From assembly GCA_020201035.1 (NCBI GenBank), contig JAIVHO010000001.1:5967-69966 (forward strand): 64,000 nucleotides of DNA, written 5' to 3'. The notes beneath the pieces are model-generated. The model was not told where the DNA came from. It saw only the letters and a program-made list of their open reading frames with translations, and did not search any database. Shown piece by piece: positions 40,176 through 49,911 of the stretch; position 1 is the stretch's first letter, and each line of letters opens with the position of its first letter. A program made the translations under genes and the position numbers. Source of the stretch: Bacteroidales bacterium. GTDB taxonomy: Bacteria; Bacteroidota; Bacteroidia; Bacteroidales; VadinHA17.

Positions 40176-41954
40176 ATGGCTGCAAGAACATTTGTTGAAA
40201 AGATATTTGATGCACCCACAGGTTCAATTGTCTTTCGTAAACCGGATATTGTACTGACACATGATAACAGTGCAAGTATATACAAGACGTTTCAGAAAAT
40301 GGGAGGGGAGAAGATTGCTGATCCTGACCGCCTGCTGATAGTGCTTGATCATAATGCTCCCCCTACAGATGCCAAACTGGCAAACCAGTACCAGATGGTA
40401 AGGGATATTGTCAAACAGTATGGTATTAAGAATTTTTATGATGCAGGAAAGGGAATCTGCCACCAGATAGTATCATATCATGCACTTCCCGGAATGATTA
40501 TCACAGGAAGCGACAGCCATACATGTACAGCAGGAGCCTTTAATGCAATGGCTGCAGGGATTGACCGCACAGAGGCGGCCGGATTGTGGGTTAAGGGGGA
40601 AACATGGTTCAGGGTGCCTGAGAGTATCCGGATCAACCTGTCAGGCAAACTGCCTGAAGGAGTTGCAGCTAAGGACCTGTCTCTATACATAATTGGCCTT
40701 ACAGGATCTGATGGAGCAAACTATATGTCAATTGAATATCATGGTGAGGGGGTAGCAACACTCGGTATTTCCGAAAGAATGACCCTCGCAAACCTGGCAT
40801 CGGAAATGGGTGCTAAAAATGCAGTATTTCCGCCTGACAGGGTGCTGTCAGACTATTATAATGGTGATATGAAGGGAGGCGTATGGGCTGATGAGGGTGC
40901 TGAATACAACCGGATAATTGATATAAATATGAGCGAAATACCACCTCTGGTTGCTGCTCCTCATCATGTGGATAATGTGAAGACTGTCTCAGAAGTGGAG
41001 GGACTGGAAATTCATCAGGGTCTTATTGGTACATGCACCAATGGCAGAATTGAGGACATGAGGGAGGCTGCCGCAGTGCTTAAGGGGAAAGTGGTAAAGA
41101 GCGGAGTGCAGCTGCTCGTTATACCTGCCTCACAGAAAATATTCCTTCAGGCAATGGAGGAGGGACTTATAAAAATATTTATTGAAGCCGGAGCAAATGT
41201 GCTGAGCCCCAGCTGCGGACCATGTCTGGGAACCGGACAGGGTATTCCGGCCGACGGAATGAGGGTGATCTCAACAGCAAACAGGAATTTCTCGGGAAGA
41301 ATGGGAAACAAGGAGGCAGAAATCTACCTTGCCTCACCTGAAACAGTTGCTCTTAGCGCAATTAACGGATGTATATCAGACCCGCGCGGACCAGGGCATA
41401 ATGACCGCCTCTCCTTTAACAGAAAACAGAGTGATTTTGTAATGACAGGTGAGGGTGGATCAAGGAAAGCAGGATCGGTATGGGATTACTCCGATATTGA
41501 TAACCTCAACACGGACCAGATGTTTGCCGGAAATCTTACCTATAATATAATGAGCTCTGATCCGGAGGCGATAATGCCGCACCTATTTGCCGGCTTTGAT
41601 CCGGAGTTCGCCACCGGAGTAGCAACGGGTGATATTATTATGGCAGGGGATAACTTTGGCTGCGGAAGTTCAAGGGAGCATCCTGCGGTCGGACTGGCCC
41701 ACGCGGGAGTTAAAGCAATAATAGTAAAGTCTGTTAACAGGATATTCTTCAGGTCTTCAATCAACCAGGGACTGCTTTTAATTGTGGCACCGGAGGCTGT
41801 TGATGCATATAAACGCGGCCAGAGTGCTGATGTGGATCCGTCAGAAGGAGTGATCAGGGTAGGAGAGAAACTGTTCCGGTTTGAGCCGCTTCCGGGTAAG
41901 CTGCAGGAGATAATAGAAAAGCGCGGCCTGGTAAACTGGATCAGATCATCATAA
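40176..41954 (+). CDS. Aconitase/isopropylmalate isomerase (homoaconitase-like) family, fused large+small subunit (copy 2)
   Basis: THDN, LDHNAP, GICHQ, GSDSHT, GTCTNGR, CGPCLG, STANRNFSGRMG; C-term NTDQ, NFGCGSSREH. Confidence 0.9.
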   Translation: MAARTFVEKIFDAPTGSIVFRKPDIVLTHDNSASIYKTFQKMGGEKIADPDRLLIVLDHNAPPTDAKLANQYQMVRDIVKQYGIKNFYDAGKGICHQIVSYHALPGMIITGSDSHTCTAGAFNAMAAGIDRTEAAGLWVKGETWFRVPESIRINLSGKLPEGVAAKDLSLYIIGLTGSDGANYMSIEYHGEGVATLGISERMTLANLASEMGAKNAVFPPDRVLSDYYNGDMKGGVWADEGAEYNRIIDINMSEIPPLVAAPHHVDNVKTVSEVEGLEIHQGLIGTCTNGRIEDMREAAAVLKGKVVKSGVQLLVIPASQKIFLQAMEEGLIKIFIEAGANVLSPSCGPCLGTGQGIPADGMRVISTANRNFSGRMGNKEAEIYLASPETVALSAINGCISDPRGPGHNDRLSFNRKQSDFVMTGEGGSRKAGSVWDYSDIDNLNTDQMFAGNLTYNIMSSDPEAIMPHLFAGFDPEFATGVATGDIIMAGDNFGCGSSREHPAVGLAHAGVKAIIVKSVNRIFFRSSINQGLLLIVAPEAVDAYKRGQSADVDPSEGVIRVGEKLFRFEPLPGKLQEIIEKRGLVNWIRSS

Positions 41955-42054
41955 AGTAGTTGCAAACGCTGATTAGTAATTTCTGTTTGGCCGCTGATGC
42001 TTGGTTGTCACTATTGAACAATGCTTAATGGTTTCTCATTGTTGACATGCTGCG

Positions 42055-42324
42055 GCTTACTCCCAGTGACAGATCTTCCACTGACGGGATATTATTATGG
42101 ACCTGTTTCTGCTTACTCCCAGTGACAGTTCTTCCTCTGACGGGATATTATTATGGACCTGTTTTTGCTTACTCCCAGTGACAGTTCTTCCTCTGACGGG
42201 TTGTTATTATAGACCTGTTTCTGCTTACTCCCAGTGACAGTTCTTCCTCTGACGGGTTGTTATTATAGACCTGTTTCTGCTTACTCCCAGTGACAGTTCT
42301 TCCTCTGACGGGTTATTATTATAG
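42055..42324. repeat. Intergenic tandem repeat, 56-bp unit, about 4.8 copies
   Basis: Units start at 42055, 42111, 42167, 42223, 42279 (gcttactcccagtgacagttcttcctctgacggg...gacctgtttct) with few substitutions. Confidence 0.97.
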
Positions 42325-42503
42325 CCATCTTCCCAACAGACATCATTATTTACCCATTGATATAATTGAAACATCACTGTCTGCCGGTAACTTAGCTTAT
42401 AATCTGTTGTAAAACCTCATTGTTCAGCTCCGGTATTTCATTTAATTGCTTAAATTAGCAATTGATATTTAAGTGTATATAGAACATTTATTTAAACAGG
42501 AGC

Positions 42504-45050
42504 TTGAAGATTGCAGAAGGTGACTGGTTATCATTTTACAGGGGAGAGACAACCTTTACTGCTACACAGGATAAGGTTGTCTATACCGATATGGTTAAAG
42601 GAACTCCTCTAAGGATGGATCAGACAATAACTCTTATTGAGAACAGTATAAACTGGAAGATTGATCTGGAGACAACCATGGAATTCCCTGTGCTGATAGG
42701 AGACCTGGGGATTCCCTTTCCATGGCAGACACCGGGCGGTGCAACCTCACAGGATATTTTTGAGAAGGGATTTGTAAAACACCATTATATATCAGGCGAC
42801 GGCTCCTTTATTTTCTTTGCAAAACCCTCGGGAGAGCCACCTTTCCTTCTTGTTACAACAGGGGCAAATACCCATTTTGAATATTTTAACAATCAGGATA
42901 CATATACTGCCTATATCCATTCTGGCAGAACCGCTGAGATTGATACCTCCGGAACATGGAGGCAGCCTCACACAACCCGCCTGCTTCAGCCCTCGGGAGA
43001 GGAGGGAAGCAGTTTAAGCTATAGTTTTAATATTGAGTGGGCCGACAGCTATGATGACCTGAGGCAGAAACTGTATGAAAGAGGACTTTTTGATATCCGG
43101 GTGGTCCCTGGCATGTCACTCCCATCAGACCTTACGGCAAAATTTTCTCTCCATACGCAAAATATAATTGATTCAATAGTACCGGAATTCAGAGAGAGGA
43201 CAACCCTGAAAAACCTGGGTGAACCAAAGCCCGGCCATCATATTTATGAGGTGGATTTTGACAGGCTGGGTGAGAATATGCTCACCATATATTATAATGG
43301 AGGAAGGAAAAGCTATCTGGAATTTTTCTCAACAGAACCTCTTGAGACGCTCTATAAAAAGAGATCATCTTTTCTGGTTAACAGCCAGCAGCACAGGGTT
43401 CCCGGTAAGTGGTACGACGGACTTTTCTCTATTTATGACATGAAGAATGCAGTGCTGCGCGGACCCGATAACACTGACGGGTATGATTACTGGTGGGGAT
43501 ATGTGCTGGCATCCGATGATCCTGCCCTTTGCAAGGCTCCATATGTGGCCGCAAAGAATGTGTGGTATCCTGATGGTGATGAGATTGAGGCTGTAGAGTA
43601 CTACCTGGAAAAATTTGTTTGGGGCGGACTGCAGAGAACAGATAAAGAAACACCCTATCCGTACGGAATATACGGCACACCCAACTGGATGGTGAACAGG
43701 GATCCGGTGCTAAGGGCCGGAGTCAAGAATCAGAACCTTGACAAGATGAATATATGGAGATCATATGACTATCCGCATATCATCATGCTCTACTTCCATA
43801 TGTATCAGGTGGCATCCTATTATCCTGATATGGTAAAATACCTTGATGCCGACGGATATCTGGAGAGGGCATGGCAGACAGCCCGCGCATATTTTATCTA
43901 TCCCTATGAGATACTGCCATGGTATGATACATACAAATGGGGCTGCTATAATGAAGTGGTGATTGAAGAGCTTATTACAGCCCTTGAAGAAAAGGGGAGG
44001 AATGAAGAGGCAGCATGGCTGAGAAATGAATATGAGAAGAAGGTAAAATATTTTATCTATGATGATCACTATCCGTTCAGGTCAGAATATGCCATTGACC
44101 GCACTGCCTTTGAGTCATCATATGCATTTGCAAGATACGGCACAGAGACCAGTATGCAACCAGATACAAACCTGTGGTATGATGTCAAACTCACTAAATG
44201 GTGGTCGCATCCCTCCGTAAACAGGTCAGATGCACGGGAATTTATGGACCGGCAGCACCTTGCCGGTCTGGCCGTCAGAGGATGGCTTGAAACAAAGTAT
44301 TTCCTGCTGGGGTCTGACTTTACAACCAGCTCAGACAGGCATTGCCTCTCCTATATGGCCAAAATGGGCGGATGGTCAATTTTGGATTACGGTCTCAGGT
44401 ATGCCACTGAACCCTTCGACTGGTTGCAGCTTGGGTATGCATCATATCTCAGCTCGTGGGCCCTTATGAATACCGGCACCGGGGAATCTGATTATGGTTT
44501 CTGGTGGCCCGGAAAGGAGAATGACGGAGCAATGGGTTGGGCATTTATGTCAGCAAAATCAGGACCGGCATGGATACGCAAGGATGTAGACAGGGGGGCA
44601 TGGTTCTATGACGGGGAGGCCGATCTGGGACTGGGTGCCGCCTTCAGGATGGCTGCAACAGTACTTGCTGATGATCCGCTTTTCGGGTGGACGGCATACG
44701 GGGGAACACTGGTAAAAGGTAACAGAAGGATGGAGGTTATTCCAAGGGATGGTGTAAGGAGCAGATTCTGGATAGTTGACAGCTCAGGCAGCACAGGCAT
44801 TGAGCTGAACAGGGACGGTTTTATGAAGGAGATGCCGGTATCATGGTCGGAACGCACAGGAACAATAGAATTTATTATAGAAAACAGAACCGGTGATACT
44901 CACACCACAAGGGTAACCATAAGTTCTTCGCAAAGATGGGAGATTCTCAGGGACGGAAATAAGGTGGGAGAGTATAATCCCGGAGACAGCTTCACCGAAT
45001 TACAGATTTCAGGAAAAAGTAACAGTATAACCCTAAAAAGAAAAAGATGA
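42504..45050 (+). CDS. DUF5695-like putative glycoside hydrolase, apparently N-terminally truncated
   Basis: HHYISGDGSF, WRSYDYPH, YPFRSEY..D.TAFES, LSYM..MGGW, YASYLSSWALMN, YDGE.DLG; TTG start, no signal peptide, in-frame stop at 42480. Confidence 0.6.
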   Translation: MKIAEGDWLSFYRGETTFTATQDKVVYTDMVKGTPLRMDQTITLIENSINWKIDLETTMEFPVLIGDLGIPFPWQTPGGATSQDIFEKGFVKHHYISGDGSFIFFAKPSGEPPFLLVTTGANTHFEYFNNQDTYTAYIHSGRTAEIDTSGTWRQPHTTRLLQPSGEEGSSLSYSFNIEWADSYDDLRQKLYERGLFDIRVVPGMSLPSDLTAKFSLHTQNIIDSIVPEFRERTTLKNLGEPKPGHHIYEVDFDRLGENMLTIYYNGGRKSYLEFFSTEPLETLYKKRSSFLVNSQQHRVPGKWYDGLFSIYDMKNAVLRGPDNTDGYDYWWGYVLASDDPALCKAPYVAAKNVWYPDGDEIEAVEYYLEKFVWGGLQRTDKETPYPYGIYGTPNWMVNRDPVLRAGVKNQNLDKMNIWRSYDYPHIIMLYFHMYQVASYYPDMVKYLDADGYLERAWQTARAYFIYPYEILPWYDTYKWGCYNEVVIEELITALEEKGRNEEAAWLRNEYEKKVKYFIYDDHYPFRSEYAIDRTAFESSYAFARYGTETSMQPDTNLWYDVKLTKWWSHPSVNRSDAREFMDRQHLAGLAVRGWLETKYFLLGSDFTTSSDRHCLSYMAKMGGWSILDYGLRYATEPFDWLQLGYASYLSSWALMNTGTGESDYGFWWPGKENDGAMGWAFMSAKSGPAWIRKDVDRGAWFYDGEADLGLGAAFRMAATVLADDPLFGWTAYGGTLVKGNRRMEVIPRDGVRSRFWIVDSSGSTGIELNRDGFMKEMPVSWSERTGTIEFIIENRTGDTHTTRVTISSSQRWEILRDGNKVGEYNPGDSFTELQISGKSNSITLKRKR

Positions 45051-47578
45051 ACGGTACTTTATTATTGAAGGCAGTAACGGCATGCACGATATTATTGTCA
45101 GTATCACTTGCCGGCTGTAACAGCAGGCAGCAACCGGTAAAGATAAATGCCGGAGATGTGGGTGAATGGCCACGGAAAATTCCGGCCCGGATATCGGATC
45201 GGGATAACAGCGATCTGTTTGTAATGACTCTCGGAGATGTCACAACATCCCTTGCTGATGGTATTTTTGACCCGGTAAAGGATGAAGTAACCCTTCATGA
45301 CGGTACAGTTATGTCGAACTACTACCGTGATACTCTGGGTATCAAACAGTACAGTGCAATGGACAAGTCAATATTTCCCCTGCCACCATCGGGTCTCTGT
45401 ACATGGTATTACTACTATCAGGATATTAATGAGTCAGAGGTGCGCAAGAATACCGACTGGATAGCGGAAAACCTGGCTGAGTACGGGGCGAAGTATGTAC
45501 AGATAGATGACGGATGGCAGAAAGAGACAGAGGCAGGCAGGCACGGTTCACGCGACTGGACAGGTGTTGACACTGCATTCTCATCAGGCATGGCATCACT
45601 TGCTGAATATATAAAGTCACGGGGTCTGGTGCCCGGAATATGGATTGCTCCGCACGGACAATCGAAGTTTGATGTGGTAAAGGAGAACCCGGGAGTTTTC
45701 CTCTTTAAACAAGACAGCACATCGGCATCTCAGACATGGGAAGGCGACTGGCTTGTGGATCCTACATCACCTGCCGCCCATCAGTATCTTAAGGATCTGT
45801 TCACTATGATGGTGGACTGGGGATATGAATATTACAAGATTGACGGTCAGCCGATTGTGGTTAATGAATACAGGAGCAAGTCTGAATTTATGATGGAACC
45901 GGGCGGTGATAATGTGGAACTCTACCGGAAGACACTTGAAAGCATAAGGGAAGCCATTGGCCCGGAGAGATATCTTCTGGGCTGCTGGGGAACACCGGTT
46001 GAGGGAATAGGTGTAATGGACGGATCACGTACAGGAGGAGATGTGGTCCTGGGATGGAGCGGTTTTGACGTGGCTCTTATGCCAACGATGAGATATTACT
46101 ACCTGCACAATATTGCATGGTATACCGACCCCGATGTGATGCTGCTCCGACAGCCTCTTACAATTGATCAGGCAAGGGTGTGGGCAACGCTGCAGGGATT
46201 GACCGGACAGGCGCTGATGAGCAGTGACAGGCTTATGGACCTGTCGGATGAGAGAGCAGAAATGATGAAACGGGTATATCCCGCGGTTGATATCAGACCG
46301 CTTGACCTATTTCCGACAAACAGCAGAAAACCGGTATGGGATCTTAAGGTTAGTCATCTCGGGAGAGAGTATGATATCGTTGGACTATTCAACTTCGGAG
46401 AGGAATCGTTGAAACAGATAAATCTGCAGTGGGAAGATATCGGGCTGCATGAAGAAGTGCCGTACCATATTTTCGACTTCTGGAACAACGAATATCTGGG
46501 CACATGGGAGAAGGGAATGGCCGTAGAGGTTGCACCCACAAGCTGCAGGGTTCTGACGCTGCTGCCCGACAGGGATTATATACAGCTAATATCTACAAAC
46601 AGGCACATAACACAGGGGTGGATTGACCTCGTGGAACTGTCACAGGAGGGCGAGAGCATATCAGGTAAAAGTCATATTATAAAGGATGATCCGTACCAGC
46701 TCCATTTCGTTTATCCGCGCGGACAATATTATAAAGTTGGTGATATAAAGGTAAAGGGAGCAGGAGGCAAACTGAAAACCTCCGTAATGAACCACCAGGG
46801 GTGGTCAACGGTAACTGTCGAATCACCTTCTTCGGGAGATATAACCTGGGATATCGAATTTGTTAAGGATGATAACTATAAGTATCTCACCAGAGACCCC
46901 GGAAGCGTAACGGTTGAAGCTACCGGACTCAACTCGGTGAAGATATCTTGGAGGGCACAGTACTATCTGAATTCGGGATACCAGGTATACCTTAATGATG
47001 AGCTGATGGGATATGCTCCGGCCACATACTTCACCGTGGATGGTCTTGACCCTGCAGAAGTCTATACAGCTGATGTAAGAACGGTGTGGATGGATGGTGA
47101 TATCAATACCAGACCGGAGGGCGGAGATCAGGAGTATGGAACGGAATTTACCATTGGATCTCTTCTGCCTTCTGAAGTGTCACTGACAGATATTGCCGGA
47201 GAATCAAACAGCTATACAGTTAACAGGCCTGTTACGGCAGGAGGGGTAATCTACAATAATAATATATCTGTTGCCGGAGGGAGGGTGGCTGAGATGAATC
47301 TCTCCGGGATATTTAAGACTTTCTCTGCCAGGGTGGCAATCAGTGATTTCAATGCTACCCGTGCAGGCAGCAGCGTTACAGGCAGGTTCCGGATTATCGG
47401 CGATGGCAATGTGTTATATACATCTCCGGTTATGGCTCCGGGGGATATGCCGCGCAGTGTCACAGTGAATATTTCAGGAGTAAACAGGCTTATACTGGAG
47501 ACAGTTGACGTTTCAGGAATGACACAGGGCAGGAGGGGCCCCACAGGAGTATGGATAAATCCGGTTGTGACAAAATAG
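45047..47578 (+). CDS. GH27/GH36-clan alpha-galactosidase-like lipoprotein with FN3 and NPCBM-like domains
   Basis: Lipobox LAGC; CTWY, VQIDDGWQ, PGIWIAP, YYKIDG, SRTGGD, YTDPD; C-term FRIIGDG.VLYTS...V.VNISGV..L.L. Confidence 0.75.
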   Translation: MNGTLLLKAVTACTILLSVSLAGCNSRQQPVKINAGDVGEWPRKIPARISDRDNSDLFVMTLGDVTTSLADGIFDPVKDEVTLHDGTVMSNYYRDTLGIKQYSAMDKSIFPLPPSGLCTWYYYYQDINESEVRKNTDWIAENLAEYGAKYVQIDDGWQKETEAGRHGSRDWTGVDTAFSSGMASLAEYIKSRGLVPGIWIAPHGQSKFDVVKENPGVFLFKQDSTSASQTWEGDWLVDPTSPAAHQYLKDLFTMMVDWGYEYYKIDGQPIVVNEYRSKSEFMMEPGGDNVELYRKTLESIREAIGPERYLLGCWGTPVEGIGVMDGSRTGGDVVLGWSGFDVALMPTMRYYYLHNIAWYTDPDVMLLRQPLTIDQARVWATLQGLTGQALMSSDRLMDLSDERAEMMKRVYPAVDIRPLDLFPTNSRKPVWDLKVSHLGREYDIVGLFNFGEESLKQINLQWEDIGLHEEVPYHIFDFWNNEYLGTWEKGMAVEVAPTSCRVLTLLPDRDYIQLISTNRHITQGWIDLVELSQEGESISGKSHIIKDDPYQLHFVYPRGQYYKVGDIKVKGAGGKLKTSVMNHQGWSTVTVESPSSGDITWDIEFVKDDNYKYLTRDPGSVTVEATGLNSVKISWRAQYYLNSGYQVYLNDELMGYAPATYFTVDGLDPAEVYTADVRTVWMDGDINTRPEGGDQEYGTEFTIGSLLPSEVSLTDIAGESNSYTVNRPVTAGGVIYNNNISVAGGRVAEMNLSGIFKTFSARVAISDFNATRAGSSVTGRFRIIGDGNVLYTSPVMAPGDMPRSVTVNISGVNRLILETVDVSGMTQGRRGPTGVWINPVVTK

Positions 47579-47678
47579 ATGATCATATTTATAACGGGGT
47601 TCCTCCTGATATCTGAGCCACGATATCTAAAAAGTCGAAATTTGAGGTTGAAAACTGATAAATAAGAAATTTTAAAAA

Positions 47679-49795
47679 ATGAAAACGAAAATTCTGATAA
47701 CACTATCCCTGATCCTACTTGTATCATGTCAGCAGAATGTTAGTGATATGGAGTGGGGTGTAATAGTTAATCCGTCGGCTGAAATGGTTGAATCATCGGT
47801 TGTTACAGGCTGGAACAGCGACAGGAGGCCTGATAACGCAATCCATTTCTTTGATAACATTGCACACCATGGCACCAAAAGTCTGACCATCCATTCAGAG
47901 AAGATGGCACAGGGACGCTGGTACACCAAAGTACTGCTTAAACCTTACTCAAAATACAGGTTTACAGGCTGGATAAAGACGGATAATCTCCGGACAGGTG
48001 AAGGCGAGGGTGCCGGATTCAGGCTTGAGGGATTTGATGCGGAGTACCAGGGATTTACCGGTACAAGTGACTGGACAGAGGTAGTATATGAGTTTGAGAC
48101 GGGAGGTGATGATGCAGTTATCCTTTCATGTCTCTATGGAAACAGAAGCGGATCAAAGGGTCGTGTCTGGTTTGATGATATGTCATTTACCCTTGTCTCA
48201 TCAGAGGAACTTAATCCTGCCGCTGAGATTGATGTGACTGCCGAATCTGTACCAATGCAGGAGTATATATACGGTCAGTTTATTGAACACCTCGGCAAAT
48301 GCATATATGATGGTATATGGGCGGAGATGATTGAAGACCGTAAGTTCTGGTATGAACCGGGAACCAGGGAGTCGCCATGGAGAGTGGCCGGAAACAGGGA
48401 AAATATATCAATGGACAAAACCAGTTCATTTACCGGTGAACAGACCCCTCTGCTGACAGCAAGAGCCGATGAGAGTGTAAGACTTGTCCAGACCGGACTT
48501 GGGCTTAAGGAAAACATGGATTATGAGGGACATATAGTACTAAAATCATCAGGATTTATACAAAAGGTGATGGTTACCCTCTCAGCCGGAACATTTACCG
48601 AGACGGTGGAGATTGAGGGTACCGGCACTATATATAACAGTTATCCCTTGAAATTCAGGTCGGCGCACCATACTGGGGATGCTTCAATAACAATTGAGCC
48701 TGTTGGTGCCGGACGCTTATGGATAGGAACAATCTCCCTGATGCCATCAGATAATATTGATGGATTCAGGTCAGACGTAATGCAGCTTCTTAAAGAACTC
48801 GATTCACCAGTTTACAGATGGCCGGGAGGTAATTTTGTCAGCGGATATAACTGGAAGGATGGTATCGGTAACAGGGATAAGAGACCCCCGAGAAAAAATC
48901 CTGCCTGGACAGGTATCGAATCCAATGACGTGGGAATGCATGAATTCATCAGATTCTGTGAACTTCTGGACACTGAACCCTACATTGCTGTGACGTGGAT
49001 GAGGATATCATACTAATAGCGGTTGGTGATGTTGGACCATGGGATGAGATGATGCTCACTAACTGTTCAGATAATATGGACCTTATAAGTGAGCACTTCT
49101 ATGTACAGGACTGGCATGGCGGAGGGTTAATGACTCATGTAAGGCAGGTGCCCGATGCAATTTCCGGTAAAGCAGAGGCTCACAGGAGATACCGCGAGGA
49201 AATTCCGCAGCTGCAGGGGAAAGATATACAGATATGTATGGATGAGTGGAATTACTGGTACGGGCCCCATATTTACGGAGAGCTCGGTACACGCTATTTC
49301 TATCGTGATGCAATGGGTATAGCAGCAGGTATAAATGAATTTTCAAGAAACAGTGATATTATCTTTATGGCCAACTATGCCCAGACAGTTAATGTTATCG
49401 GTGCCATCAAGACAAGCACAACAGAGTCGGTGATGGCTTCTACCGGACAGGTGCTGAAGATGTACCGCCACCGTTTCGGAACAATACCTGTGTCTGTTTC
49501 CGGAGATACCAGACCACTGGATATCGCTGCTGCAGTAACTGAAGGCAGGGATACACTTACTGTCTCGGTTGTCAATCCAACATATGAGCGCTTTACGGTT
49601 CCCCTTAATATCGGCGGAGCATCAATGGCAGGAGAAATGGAAATATGGAGTATTGAGGCCCCTGATGATATGGCATATAATGAGCCCGGGAGGGAAATGG
49701 CGGTAAAAATTGTAAAGCGAACCGGAAATTTCAAAGGCAACGTTATCATTGAACCGGCAGGCATAATGATATTCAGAATACCGATTGAAAAATAA
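47679..49795 (+). pseudogene. GH51 alpha-L-arabinofuranosidase with N-terminal CBM-like domain, split by an internal deletion/frameshift at about 48993
   Basis: Part 1: IYGQFIEHLG, RWPGGNF, YNWKDGIG, EPYIAV; part 2: SEHFY, DEWNYW, MANYAQTVNV; the GNE segment is absent. Confidence 0.8.
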
Positions 49796-49801
49796 GAGCA
49801 G

Positions 49802-49842
49802 GCAGGAGAGCGGGCAGAAATGACCCTGCTCTCCTGCTTTTT
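49802..49842 (+). terminator. Rho-independent terminator after GH51
   Basis: gcaggagagcggg-loop-cctgctctcctgc followed by ttttt. Confidence 0.8.
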
Positions 49843-49911
49843 ACAGAAATATGACGTGCTGATTGTAATATAATTCAAACTCCATTTTCCGGGACCTTAA
49901 AAATAGTCTGT

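Noticed and set aside
42055-42324. CRISPR array
   Set aside because: Units are contiguous near-identical 56-mers with no unique spacers, and there are no cas genes in the window.
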